Origin: Craspedostauros australis
Lineage: Eukaryota
Direction of reading: 5' to 3'
Assembly (NCBI GenBank): GCA_030167865.1
Contig: JALAGF010006529.1
Span: forward strand, 1 to 64,000
DNA length: 64,000 bases
Made by a program: the position numbers and the translations under genes. The first letter of the stretch is position 1. Each line of letters opens with the position of its first letter. Below are positions 23,276 to 33,816 of this stretch, in pieces. Below the pieces are notes generated by a model, which worked only from the letters and a program-made list of their open reading frames with translations, made no database searches and was not told the DNA's origin.

Positions 23276-24625
23276 ATGAGTCAGCCGCTGATACTCATCG
23301 TTATCTTTCAATGCGCTAGTATCGCCCATTCATTGGTTTGGCAGCCACGTTCGCGCCAGCACACTGCACACGCAGACATTCATCACACCAGAAGCATCGG
23401 CAATCCTTCAAGCGCTATTGTGCACGCGCCTCAAATGCTAACCACGCTTGCTGGTAGCGATCCTTCTGATTTCGAAGCGACGTCGCGCGACATCAGGCAT
23501 GATGCACATGCTGCCAAGTACATGATGAGTGCTGTTCCACAAGATCCGACTCGACGGAGATTGATGCTTCAATCGATGTCTGTCCCGCTCTGGTCGTTGA
23601 CGAGCACGCCCGCCTTGGCAGGATCGCAGCAGCAACAGCAATTGCAGAAGAGCGCACCCTCCACCACAAGTTCCAGCGAAGGAGGCGAGCAGATATCCAT
23701 CCCTCTCCAGGCCGCCGGAAACGCGTATCTCATCTGCTACAGGGTCGATGGCAGCTTGTTCCGAGCAGTGCTGGACACCGGAAGCCCCTTCCTGATGATC
23801 CCCGGATCCTGCGGTGACGCAACGCGTCGCAGATCAGGGTGCTACAGGCAGCAGGGACGGCCCAGCGGGTTGGAATCCACCTTCGAGCGATTTGATGGGT
23901 TCGAGGGCAACGTGGAATGGCGCGCTGCAGCGTTCAGCTTCGAGGATGCCGAAGGCTCCATGGTGGGACCGCCGGAATTCATCTTTGGGGTGGCATCGGA
24001 CTCCCTCATGTCAGGTCCCGGTGGCCTCTTCTTTGGTCTCATACGGGATACGGACAGCTGGATCCGCCCCTCATTCCTGAAGCAGACGAAAGTTGCGGCA
24101 TTCCGCGTGGATCTGGCCTCACCGCAGAAGAGGTTGACGTTGTCGACAGCGTCCCTGATCCATGGCAACTCGATCCCGATGACGAACGTCCTGCGTCGTC
24201 GGTACGGCGATCCCGTGAGCCATTACACTGCCGTGGCGGATGGTATGGAGGTGAACGGGTATCCGCTGATCCCAAGGGATGGGCGTCCCGTGTACGTGAT
24301 CTTCGATACCGGCGTGTCGGGCATGGTGATGAGCCAGGAATTGTTCGAGGAACGCTACGTCGCCGCACGGCAGCGCAGGGAGAAGAACCTTTGGGGCAAG
24401 GTCGTGCTGTCGTTTCGCTCGTCCATGGGTGATTCGGTTGAGGCGTACGCCGCAAAGCCACTGACGACGACCTTCAATCCGAAGGCAGCGTGGAAGAACC
24501 TCCGCGGGCATGTCATCGTGATGGGGCTTGACTTTCTGGATGGCAAGGTGCTGACAGTGGACATTGATGACAAGCGATTGTGGTTGGACGCACCAACCGA
24601 AGACGCGTGGCATAGCGTGACATGA
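23276..24625 (+). CDS. Pepsin-like aspartic protease with signal peptide and twin-arginine motif
   Basis: Two catalytic motifs AVLDTGSPFL and VIFDTGVSG, plus C-terminal IVMGLDFL. ATG 23276 opens a signal peptide (MSQPLILIVIFQCASIAHS-L). The start is inferred; the ORF is open from 22823. Confidence 0.75.
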   Translation: MSQPLILIVIFQCASIAHSLVWQPRSRQHTAHADIHHTRSIGNPSSAIVHAPQMLTTLAGSDPSDFEATSRDIRHDAHAAKYMMSAVPQDPTRRRLMLQSMSVPLWSLTSTPALAGSQQQQQLQKSAPSTTSSSEGGEQISIPLQAAGNAYLICYRVDGSLFRAVLDTGSPFLMIPGSCGDATRRRSGCYRQQGRPSGLESTFERFDGFEGNVEWRAAAFSFEDAEGSMVGPPEFIFGVASDSLMSGPGGLFFGLIRDTDSWIRPSFLKQTKVAAFRVDLASPQKRLTLSTASLIHGNSIPMTNVLRRRYGDPVSHYTAVADGMEVNGYPLIPRDGRPVYVIFDTGVSGMVMSQELFEERYVAARQRREKNLWGKVVLSFRSSMGDSVEAYAAKPLTTTFNPKAAWKNLRGHVIVMGLDFLDGKVLTVDIDDKRLWLDAPTEDAWHSVT

Positions 24626-25357
24626 CTAGACTAAACACGTATGGAGAGTCCTAAAGAGTAATGCGCAAGGTCGTGACAATAGTCCCGTTCACTCAAGCAG
24701 CAAGAGCCGTGTGTATGTGAAGCAGAGGTCGAATGAAAGCATGATAGAACATGGCAAAGTAGACAAGAGATTCGTGTGGATGATGCCATGGATTGAACTA
24801 TTATGGGTTCTGAAGACACGAACAGGTGCAAGCATTCAACATTCGACGAGCAAAGAGGAGAGCACGCGAATGTGTTGTTTCGCATTCATGTGTAATAGAG
24901 TATACCCGATATATTAACGCGTAGTCTTGCCATCAAGATCACTGGAATGGACACCTCGTTGAAGTCATTCTTCTTATTTCTGATTGTTGCTACTGCGGCT
25001 GTCCCTACTGGAGGAGCTGCTGATTGATCTTCGTTTTTGTTGTCTGTGGTCGTTGTTGTCTGTGGTGGAAAGAGAAGTGGTACTGAATCAATGTGCACGT
25101 ACACCTGTGTCGCACATTTATCGCCGCTGAGGATCATCAAGCGCCCGTTCCCCAGTTGTCTCGGAACAGTCTCGGAGCAGGTATGTGCAGAGCACAGTTC
25201 GACATAGGCTGTGACCACGGCAGTTTCAACTTGCTCCCTGTGCGTATGAACATGTGCATGTGCAACTGTACGTCCACGAACACCCCGCCGAGTCGAGAAA
25301 AGTTGCCGGGAGGATTACCCTTCAGCCTGTGCATATCCGTTGCGTGGCATTGCATGC

Positions 25358-26979
25358 TCACAATTCGTCAGTTCCGGCGGCCACGGGTTGTGCTGTTTCG
25401 TCGGTGTTGATGAGCTGGTTAAGAACAGGCACGCTCTCCAAGGCTGCGGCGCCGCCGTCGCTGGCAAGTTTCATACCGAGGAAGAAGCAAGCGATGGCGA
25501 CAATGATCATGAGGAGGATCATTGGCAGCATCGAGGACGATCCACCGGCCGCCTTGGCCCCGGCACCCTGCTTGCTCTCCAACGCGGATCGTGTCGCCTG
25601 CTCTCTGTTGTAATCCCTCTTCGTCTGCTCCAGGGTGTTGCTGAGGATGTCGCGCTCTGCCGTGAGGTTCATGGAGAAGGAGACGAGGTCGTCGTACTTT
25701 CGTCGCAGGTTGGTGAGCTCCGACTTGAGCTGGTCGGTGGACATGGTATCGACGTTGGCCTGCGACGAAGCCTCGCGCTTGAAGGACTTGGCGACGGTCT
25801 TGGATCCGTTGGCTGGCGAAGTCGGCGAGTTGTCCACGACCTGGTGCCGCACGTGCATCTTTCTGTGGCTGACGGAGGCCTGGGAGTCCTTGTTGGAGAC
25901 GGAGTTCCACATGCTGGTGAGGGCCTCGTAGAGCTCAGTGCTGTCCTTCGTGAGCTTGGATGAGAAGGCAGAGCTCACGACGCAGGATTGGACGAGGAAC
26001 TTGTCCTTGCTGTGGTCCAGGCCGGTCTGGCCGAGCTTTTCATAGGACTGGAGGAGGATTTGCTTGTCCTTCTCGATGAGGAGGATGGAGACGGTGTCGG
26101 AGCCGCCAGGGGCGATCATGCCCTGGTTGGGTCGCACCAGGTAGCGCCGTGGCTGCGTCGTCTTGATCTGTTCATTGCAGGGGTTGTCAGAGGTGTGTAT
26201 AAGCGTTGAGAAGCGGGATGTAGCGACCAATGAACGGTGTGGTCAGTTTGGCCATCGTTGTTTGGTTTGTTGTGGGAATTGGAGCAGAGCAGAGCACAGA
26301 AGCATGCCATGATGCATGGTTGCAGCAATTGAGATGCAGCAGTTGATATGGAATGGGAGAGAGAGAGAGAGCAATTGGGTGGAACGAGTGGAGATGATGA
26401 GAAAAAGGGTGAGTTTTGTTGAACAGTTTGTGCAGCAGATACTGTGACAACCTGCGTTGCCGGTGCTGCTGTCGTTTATCTGGAATTGCAGATGAATACA
26501 TGTAGAGTATTATGCTTGCAGTGCACAGACTTTGTCACTGCACCCGGTGCCCTTGCAAAGTCACCAAGAGAAGGCAACAGCTCGGAGAGATGCAAAACAT
26601 GGCTGGAAGGCGGCATTCGCAGAACGACGAACCGACAGGCTCCAATTTCGAGTTGTTCTTGCGACTGCTTCGGGTACGAGCAGCACCGACTCATGGTTGT
26701 GTTTGTGGCTGGGCTCGTGTTGCCTTGGGCTGAGATGCGGCAGGCTGTGGCAGGTTGCGGCTGTTGTAAGACCATGCTCGTCACACCAATTCTTCTCAGT
26801 ACTCCACCAAAAGAGTGCTGTACTCTACGTGCGACTGTACGGACCTTGTACGCAATGTGGTCATCGGTGTGGCCTGGATGTCTGAGGGTCAAGGTGGTTC
26901 TGGAGGTCAGTTCATTGGGAGCGAGGTTGAAGTCCAGGTACGTGTCCGGGGTGATCTCGAGGGAGTTCAGAGATGTCAT
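25358..26979 (-). CDS. VAP: VAP family ER protein (MSP domain, coiled coil, TM), 2 exons, 314 aa
   Basis: Exon 1 26979-26845, intron 26844-26168 (gtccgt...gaacag), exon 2 26167-25358. The joined motif IAYK|IKTTQPRRYLVRPNQG and KDKFLVQS are VAP signatures. TM MLPMILLMIIVAIACFFLGM. Confidence 0.92.
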
Positions 26980-27953
26980 GGTGGCTTGTTCCTTTCTTGA
27001 TTGCTTGCTTGACTGCTTTGCTTGATCTTTGGGAGGGTTGGATGGTGGTTCCTGTTGTGAAGGTGTGAATGGCAAGGTGGAGGTTGTGTTCTTGCTGTTG
27101 CTGTGCATGAGGTTGGAGATGCGGCCATAGATGCGCTTTTCGTGGATCTTGGCGCGCACGGTTGCTCTGCGTGTACACGAGCCAAGGAGTTCGGGTGCCA
27201 CACACGCTTCGTTCCCTTGTCGCTGTCCCAAGCACCGCCACGTCGGTGGCTGAAGGCGCGGGTAACCGTGGCTCGTACAACCCATGAGGAGCACACTAAC
27301 ACAGTCCTCCACGGACAATCGCTCGTTGTCTGTTCTCCGCATTGCCCGCGCTGCTGAGAAGAAAACTCAACCGCGATAAATTTCCGCGCCGGTTTGGCGC
27401 ACCGCGGTGAATAAACCCAAAACGAAAAGCGTTCGGTTGGATTCGCCGGCGTGGTCCGTTGAGTCATCTACTTACATTTTATAGCCTACACTCACGAAAC
27501 CAGATGGGCTCTGCCAACACGCACCAAACAATTCATGCAGACACTACCTGCAGTTTGCATTCAACAAACACAACCACAAGCATCGCTCTGAAGAGAGCCA
27601 CACACCCAACTCAGCTCCATTCCCAACAGACACTCAAAGATATTATGCAATATAAAACAATGTAATGAAATACATGATGTGGGTATGCACAAGCGGAATA
27701 CGAAAGCAATTCAATGTGGAGTATGGTGGAAGAGCAAAGGAAGATTTGATAACACTATCATTCAGAAGAAACAAACGAGCGACCAATGGCAAGCGCTGGT
27801 CACAAGCGTGCAGGAAGGCAAGGTCGCCATGAACCCAGTGGTCAATGTTGCAGTATTTCAGTGTTCAAGTCCTTCAGTATTTCAGTGCTTCATTGCTCAA
27901 AGCCCAAAACCTAACGTGGAATGCTGCGCGTCGTGGGCGAACCGCTTGCTCTG

Positions 27954-28703
27954 CTAATAGGCGAAGCTTCTGTCCGATTGGTTGTCATTCTTCTGGGCCT
28001 GCAGGTAATCCTTGATGCAGCGCAGGATCTTTTCGAAATGCGAGAGCACCATGTGACGGAACAGCTTGGCATTCCGGGCCAGTATCGTGTGGCACAGTGC
28101 GATGAACGTTTCGTCTCCCTTTCGAATGAACTCGTTCTTCCTGATCTCCTTCTCCTCGACAACTCCGTCACTGGCATTCTTTCCTCTATCTCCGTTCTCT
28201 CCTTTGTCCCCAGCGTTCGCCGTCACCTTCACCTTCGTGACGATGACCTTGTCCACCAGCAGCTCCACCACCGGCGCCAGCACGCTGCTCAACCGCGACG
28301 TCACGGTTGACGATATCTGGTCCTGCGAGGACGATATCTCGCCCATGAGTAGGTTCAGGTTCTGATCCGCCGCGCCGCTGCGGTCCGTGCCCCACTTGTA
28401 CGTCGCTGCGCCGATGCAGGACACCAGCACGTTGAAGGTCTCCACCACCGCCTGGAACTCGTTGGCGAACTGCTTCACGCGCTCCAGGTCCACCGCGCCT
28501 TCCTCCAGACCGAACACGTCGTCGGGAATGACGGGCACCTGCTTGCACAGCTCGACGATCTGCTGCCGGATCTCATCCAGGGTGTACGTTTGGAATTTGA
28601 TCCCCGTCTCGGCGGTGATCAGCGATTGCTTCTTGGCGGCCTTGCCGTCATTCGAATCGGCTGGCCCACCCTTGCGCTTCTTGTTCTTGCCGGAGATCGG
28701 CAT
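27954..28703 (-). CDS. Hypothetical protein, 249 aa, with a basic N-terminal NLS-like patch
   Basis: ATG-initiated ORF with GC3-rich codon use and helical, protein-like composition; GKNKKRKGG. No family recognised. Confidence 0.8.
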   Translation of the reverse strand: MPISGKNKKRKGGPADSNDGKAAKKQSLITAETGIKFQTYTLDEIRQQIVELCKQVPVIPDDVFGLEEGAVDLERVKQFANEFQAVVETFNVLVSCIGAATYKWGTDRSGAADQNLNLLMGEISSSQDQISSTVTSRLSSVLAPVVELLVDKVIVTKVKVTANAGDKGENGDRGKNASDGVVEEKEIRKNEFIRKGDETFIALCHTILARNAKLFRHMVLSHFEKILRCIKDYLQAQKNDNQSDRSFAY

Positions 28704-29665
28704 CCTTGGTTGGTATCGATTGATGTATTCTCCTTCTCTCTCAACCTCTCTCTCTCTCTCTCCAGAGCAGATAGTGATTGAATGAGCGATGGTCTTGATT
28801 GTCTTGATTACCTTGATTACGAGGATGGGTGCTATCTCTTGTCCTCTCTCTCCCTCTTGATCTCTCAGTTTGATGGCAAAATAACGTTGGATGATTTGGC
28901 CAACAGAGTGCTCTCTATCTCTCCCTCTCTCTATCTCTCCCTCTCTCTATCTATCTATCTCTCTACTCGATTATTGTCAACCGCTGGAGTTTGCTGATCG
29001 TGGACTTGTCTCTTCCTCTTGATCGCCAATTCACAAAGGATGGTCGTCTTCCTTGTGTGCGTGTCTTGGGGTGGCGTGGGGTTGTGCCGTGTTTGGATGG
29101 TGTCAACCAAGATTGGTTTTGAGCATCGTAGGCATTCCGGGAGAAACAAAAAGAGGTCACGGTGGCCTGAGATACACGCGGTGGTCTGCCGAATGTCCTT
29201 GTTTGTTCTGCGTGGTTGGAAGCGTTGGACGAATGGCTGCCAGGTTGGCGCCAAGTTTGTCATCCCAGTCGTGTCAGAACTCTCTGAATCACGCTTTCGT
29301 GTCGCCGATGACGTCATACTGTGACGAAACAAGTCGGCACAACTTGTCAATCAAAACGTTCATGATGCAAGCACGACGAAAACACGCACAAAATGAGGAA
29401 ACATCGTCACTTTTTCTGACACTCCTCAGCAACGACGTGTCGCCTCTTGTGTGTTGCAGCGCTGGCCACCTACTGGATTCTCTGCCTCCACCATGCCTCT
29501 TCCTTCTTCTCCTTCTTCTTTTGTTGTTCTGTCTTGTTGTTGATCCTTGATCTTCTCCAATTGCATCGATGTCATACAACTGAACCAGAGACAGCACGCA
29601 AGGGATTCCCCATCAGCCAGATCATCTTCCAAAGTTCAGCTCAGCTCATGTTTGCGATCATCAAC

Positions 29666-30781
29666 ATGACGAGTTGCCGCTCCATCAGTCTCACGGTGAC
29701 AGCCGTGATGGCCTGCCTTGTGCTGTCAGCCAGGGTAGATGCCTTCACCACCACCCCGCATTCGAGCATCCACCATTCTCCAGCAGATGCGACTGGAGCT
29801 GGAGTGAGGCTCATGTCGGCCGCGATCGACTCTGCTACTGGCGGAGAGAGCATTTCCAGAGCATTGGAGGACTTTGATTACGAAGCAAACGACAAGATCC
29901 CATGGATGCAGTCTGGCTACGATACCTGGAAGTGGCGTGGCAACGACATCAACTACATCGAGATGGGAGACAGATCCAAGCCCGCCATCGTCCTCATCCA
30001 TGGCTTCGGTGCGTCCGCGTATCATTGGCGGTACAACCTGCCAGTGTTGGCCAGAGACTACCACGTCTTCGCGTTCTGCATGCTGGGATTCGGACTCTCC
30101 AGCAAACCCATGGAGGATTACACACCGGAGCTGTGGCGTGACCAAACCACGGACTTCCTCCAACAAATCGTTGGCAAGCCGGCGGTCCTGGCCGGCAACA
30201 GCCTGGGCGGCTTCACCGCTCTCTACACCTCGGCATACGAAAAGGCGAAGCCACTCGTCAGCGGCTGCGTGCTTCTCAACGGCGCCGGCAAGTTCCGCGA
30301 GCCAGAGACCGAGGCCACCAACAACGAGGACAAGGAGAATCCAATCATGAAGAAGATCTCGGCCGCATTCCAGCGCCTCGTCATCGGTGCCTCCTTCATT
30401 TACACCAAGCAACCCGCACGCATAGAGCAGATCCTGCGGCAGGTGTACCCCGTCAATCCTGACAATGTCGATCAGGAATTGGTCGACGCCATCCAGTACC
30501 CATCCTTCCACCCCAACGCCGCCGAGGTCTTTTACCGCGTCATTTCCAGGACCTCCGCGGAGCGCAACGTCTTTGTGGACGACCTCGTGGATGATATGGA
30601 TTGCCCGTTGCTGCTGGCATGGGGAGACAAGGATCCGTGGATCCGACCGCAGGCGGCGGACAGAATTCAGGCCGCCAAGCCCACCTGCCAGCGCGTCAAC
30701 ATCGATGCCGGTCACTGTCCGCACGATGAAGCGCCCGAAGCCGTCAACCAGGCCATCAAGGACTTCATGCTGCAGGTTTGA
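29666..30781 (+). CDS. Alpha/beta-fold hydrolase, pheophytinase-related plastid family
   Basis: LIHGFGASAYHWRYN, nucleophile GNSLGG, WGDKDPW, AGHCPHDEAPE. Presequence ...ARVDA-FTTT. Alternative ATG at 29648. Confidence 0.9.
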   Translation: MTSCRSISLTVTAVMACLVLSARVDAFTTTPHSSIHHSPADATGAGVRLMSAAIDSATGGESISRALEDFDYEANDKIPWMQSGYDTWKWRGNDINYIEMGDRSKPAIVLIHGFGASAYHWRYNLPVLARDYHVFAFCMLGFGLSSKPMEDYTPELWRDQTTDFLQQIVGKPAVLAGNSLGGFTALYTSAYEKAKPLVSGCVLLNGAGKFREPETEATNNEDKENPIMKKISAAFQRLVIGASFIYTKQPARIEQILRQVYPVNPDNVDQELVDAIQYPSFHPNAAEVFYRVISRTSAERNVFVDDLVDDMDCPLLLAWGDKDPWIRPQAADRIQAAKPTCQRVNIDAGHCPHDEAPEAVNQAIKDFMLQV

Positions 30782-31194
30782 TGCTCTACTCTTCTCCACA
30801 ATTGACGTGGAATAATTGGCAGAGCATCACTATTACACGTGTGTATGCGCGTACTGGCACGCACGAGTCTATTGTTCGACGAGCATGTGTGGGTATCCCT
30901 ACACATGCCATACCAATACGCTCTGCATCCCTCGCAGAAGGGAAGCGGAACGAGAGACTATTTTCGACACTGCTGACAACTGAAAGGCCTGTGGTGAAAC
31001 AAGTGAGATGAGAGCACAATTATCCGTACAATAGTAAGCAAACAATCAGCTGGCTCTATTGTTACGGTTTGTTGGAGAGTACCAGCAGCGTGAAAATCGG
31101 AGGCGAGCGGAATGCTCAACTCAAGCATACTGCGCCACAGGTACATGTTCGTACAATAGTCGCACCGCACTCGGACCATTCGAATACGAGCACT

Positions 31195-33771
31195 TTATGC
31201 CAAGTAATTGTATCTGCTTCTGTCCTTCTTGTCGCGCTCCAGATACTCTCGCTCGATGAGGCTCTCGATGCGCTTCTTGACATCGGACATCTGCGCTGGG
31301 ACCTTGACCTGCTCCATCACTTGTACGAGCAGTTGCTGATGCGTGATGGTCTTGCGGGCCTTCATGATGCGCACCAGCACAGCGTCGATCAGGTACAGGC
31401 GATCACGGTTGATGGCTTCCACCGTCTTGTCGCGGTCCTCCTTCGTCTCCCTCACCATGATGTTGGTGATTCGAATACGTTTGGATTTCGATTGGAATCG
31501 GTGCGACGCGCGGAACTTGTCGTCGTTGTGGACTGTCGTTCGGATCTTCTTCTTCTTGTCTGCATCGTGGTCGTGCTTCATCAGCACCCGCGTTCCGTCC
31601 TTGCCGATTGACAAGCTCTGCAACAGCCTTTCCATCTCCGCACGATCGTCCAGCCCCACCCGTTCCATCAGCTGGTAGATGGATAGTTCCTCACGTCCGT
31701 TGAACTGGATGAGCACCAGCGCTTGGCACAAGCTGACGACGAGGTCGAACTTTGGACCCGGTTGCTTCGGTTGGAACTGCACCACGCAGTGCCCCAGAGC
31801 GTACTGCCATGTTATCCGTCTGCCCTGGTACTGGCTCTTAAAATGCTCGATGAAGTGCTCCTGCGGCCTCTTGAGCTCTTCTGGCAAGATGAGGTGCTTG
31901 TACTGAGGGTAGGCAGGCCAGTAGCCGGTTGTCAAGACTTGGATGTCCATGTCAAGGTCTTCGCCGCCAGGGTTCGCGCCAGATTGGGCGGCCATGAGGG
32001 CTTGCTTGTAGCGCGTCTTCGTTTCGCGGCTCCATTCGGTGTCCTGGAACATTCCCTCCATCTTGGACGTGTACCCGGCTCCGCACTCGGCCTTGAGGAG
32101 GGAGACGAAATGCTTCTCGACGTCGACGCTGACCACCCTGCTCCACAGCAACCTCTTGGCCAGATCGCGCTTGTAGAATGCCTCGAAGACGTCCTTCGCC
32201 TGGAGGTAGCAAAAGACGCCGGAGATGATCCTGGAGGCCCAGCCGTTGCTGTCGCTGCCGAGCGATGGCTGCTTCTTGGAGTCTCGCAGGCACATGTCGA
32301 CGTACTTGGCGAGGGACTCCGCAATGATGGTGGTGTCCGCGACCGTGCCGCTCGACGACGGATGGTTGACGGGCGGGTTGACGACGTCCTCCCAGACGGG
32401 CTTGAGCGAGATGTGCTCGGCTGCGTGGGGCAGGCTCGATATGACCAGCTGCAGGTGCTTCTGCAAGTCCAGAAGCTTCTCCACTCGGGCCTTGCCGGTC
32501 TTGGCATCCGTGATGCTGGATGTCAGCGCGAGGCCGCGTGTTTTGGCGTACCGTGCGACGGCAGCCGCGAACAGCTTGGTGCCTTCGACTATCCTAGCCG
32601 CCAGCATCCAGAGGTGCTGGATGTGGGTTGGGCGGTCGGTCAGCTTCCTTGGGTCGGCTCCTGCCATGGATGATGGTCCTGCCATTCGCATCTGCGCCTG
32701 CGCTTGCAGTCCCGCAGATGAGGAAAGTCCCAGCTGCTGCTGATTCTCGGTCTCCAGCAACGGGTCGAAGTTGTTGGCATGCAGCAGCCAGTCATCGTGC
32801 AGGTGCGGCTGGATGAGGTTGATCTCGAGCAGCGTGATGCAGATGGCCTTCGGGAGGTACCTGCTCCACTTGTGCGCGACGTGTATCCATTTGCCGTGGC
32901 AGTAATCGATGACGTGCATCGCATTGTACTTGCCATCGTCGCCGTGCTTGAGCCGCTGCGATGTTTGCTGGAAGAGTTGGATGAGGTCCGGCTCCAGCCG
33001 GTTCTGCAGGATGGGACCCAGCACGCACAGATCCTGCCACATGTACCAGGTGGACTTGAGCAGCGCCTGCTGGTCCAATGCCAGGCTGTTCTCCCAGTCC
33101 AGCTTGAGCGACTCCCACCACTTCTGGTAGATGAGGTCATCGAGCTGGAAGTTCTCCAATCGCAGCCGGAACTGCTCCAGTCCTGCCTGCCACAGGTTCA
33201 TTGCGATCCCTGCGCCATGCATCGCCGTGGCGGAAGGACCAGCGGGCATTGGGCTGGAAGGATCAGCTCCCGCACCGGCACTGGCACCACCTGGCGGTGC
33301 ACCAGGACCAGCCTTCGATGACGAGCCTTCGATGCGCGTGACCGCCCCAGTGGACGACCAGGTGTGGGTCCGATCGAGCGGAAGGAAGACGTGCCTGCAG
33401 AGCAGGAGGTAGTCGACGTACTTCTGGAACTGCGCGTGGATGTGACCGAGGAGGTTGGGCGTCTCGGCCGGGAAGGACGGCAGCACGTACTCCTCGCATG
33501 CTCTCCTGAGCGTTGCCACGAGGTCCGTGTAGAGACGCGAGCCGAATTGGTGGCTGACAAGGTTGACGACCTGCGTGTAGGCCGTCTGCAGGCTGAGGTC
33601 GGAGGCATCCGCGGGCGAGAAGATGACCTTCATGGTGCCGTCGAGCAGCTGCTGGCTGGTCTCCTCATAGTAGTTGTCAGGGAGCCTTGGCGGTTTGCGG
33701 AATGGCTTGATAACGATCTTCTTGTGTGCGCCAGCAGCGCGCTTCTTCATCAGTGCCTTGGAGCGTGGCAT
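31195..33771 (-). CDS. CUL4: Cullin-4-like scaffold
   Basis: QAKDVFEAFYKRDLAKRLL, ECGAGYTSKMEGMFQD, VLTTGYWP, neddylation motif IDAVLVRIMKARK, KKRIESLIEREYLERD...YNYLA. First ATG in frame is 33771. Confidence 0.93.
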   Translation of the reverse strand: MPRSKALMKKRAAGAHKKIVIKPFRKPPRLPDNYYEETSQQLLDGTMKVIFSPADASDLSLQTAYTQVVNLVSHQFGSRLYTDLVATLRRACEEYVLPSFPAETPNLLGHIHAQFQKYVDYLLLCRHVFLPLDRTHTWSSTGAVTRIEGSSSKAGPGAPPGGASAGAGADPSSPMPAGPSATAMHGAGIAMNLWQAGLEQFRLRLENFQLDDLIYQKWWESLKLDWENSLALDQQALLKSTWYMWQDLCVLGPILQNRLEPDLIQLFQQTSQRLKHGDDGKYNAMHVIDYCHGKWIHVAHKWSRYLPKAICITLLEINLIQPHLHDDWLLHANNFDPLLETENQQQLGLSSSAGLQAQAQMRMAGPSSMAGADPRKLTDRPTHIQHLWMLAARIVEGTKLFAAAVARYAKTRGLALTSSITDAKTGKARVEKLLDLQKHLQLVISSLPHAAEHISLKPVWEDVVNPPVNHPSSSGTVADTTIIAESLAKYVDMCLRDSKKQPSLGSDSNGWASRIISGVFCYLQAKDVFEAFYKRDLAKRLLWSRVVSVDVEKHFVSLLKAECGAGYTSKMEGMFQDTEWSRETKTRYKQALMAAQSGANPGGEDLDMDIQVLTTGYWPAYPQYKHLILPEELKRPQEHFIEHFKSQYQGRRITWQYALGHCVVQFQPKQPGPKFDLVVSLCQALVLIQFNGREELSIYQLMERVGLDDRAEMERLLQSLSIGKDGTRVLMKHDHDADKKKKIRTTVHNDDKFRASHRFQSKSKRIRITNIMVRETKEDRDKTVEAINRDRLYLIDAVLVRIMKARKTITHQQLLVQVMEQVKVPAQMSDVKKRIESLIEREYLERDKKDRSRYNYLA

Positions 33772-33780
33772 GGTTGTTGC

Positions 33781-33816
33781 TGCCTTTGTTACTGCCTTTG
33801 TTACTGCCTTTGTTGC
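33781..33816. repeat. 12-bp tandem repeat (TGCCTTTGTTAC)x3 just upstream of the cullin start
   Basis: Read directly; the third unit has one mismatch. Confidence 0.85.

Noticed and set aside
27354..27400. GCTGAGA suggesting a TPP riboswitch
   Set aside because: The downstream ACCTGAT and GCGNAGG elements are missing and the neighbours are not thiamine genes.
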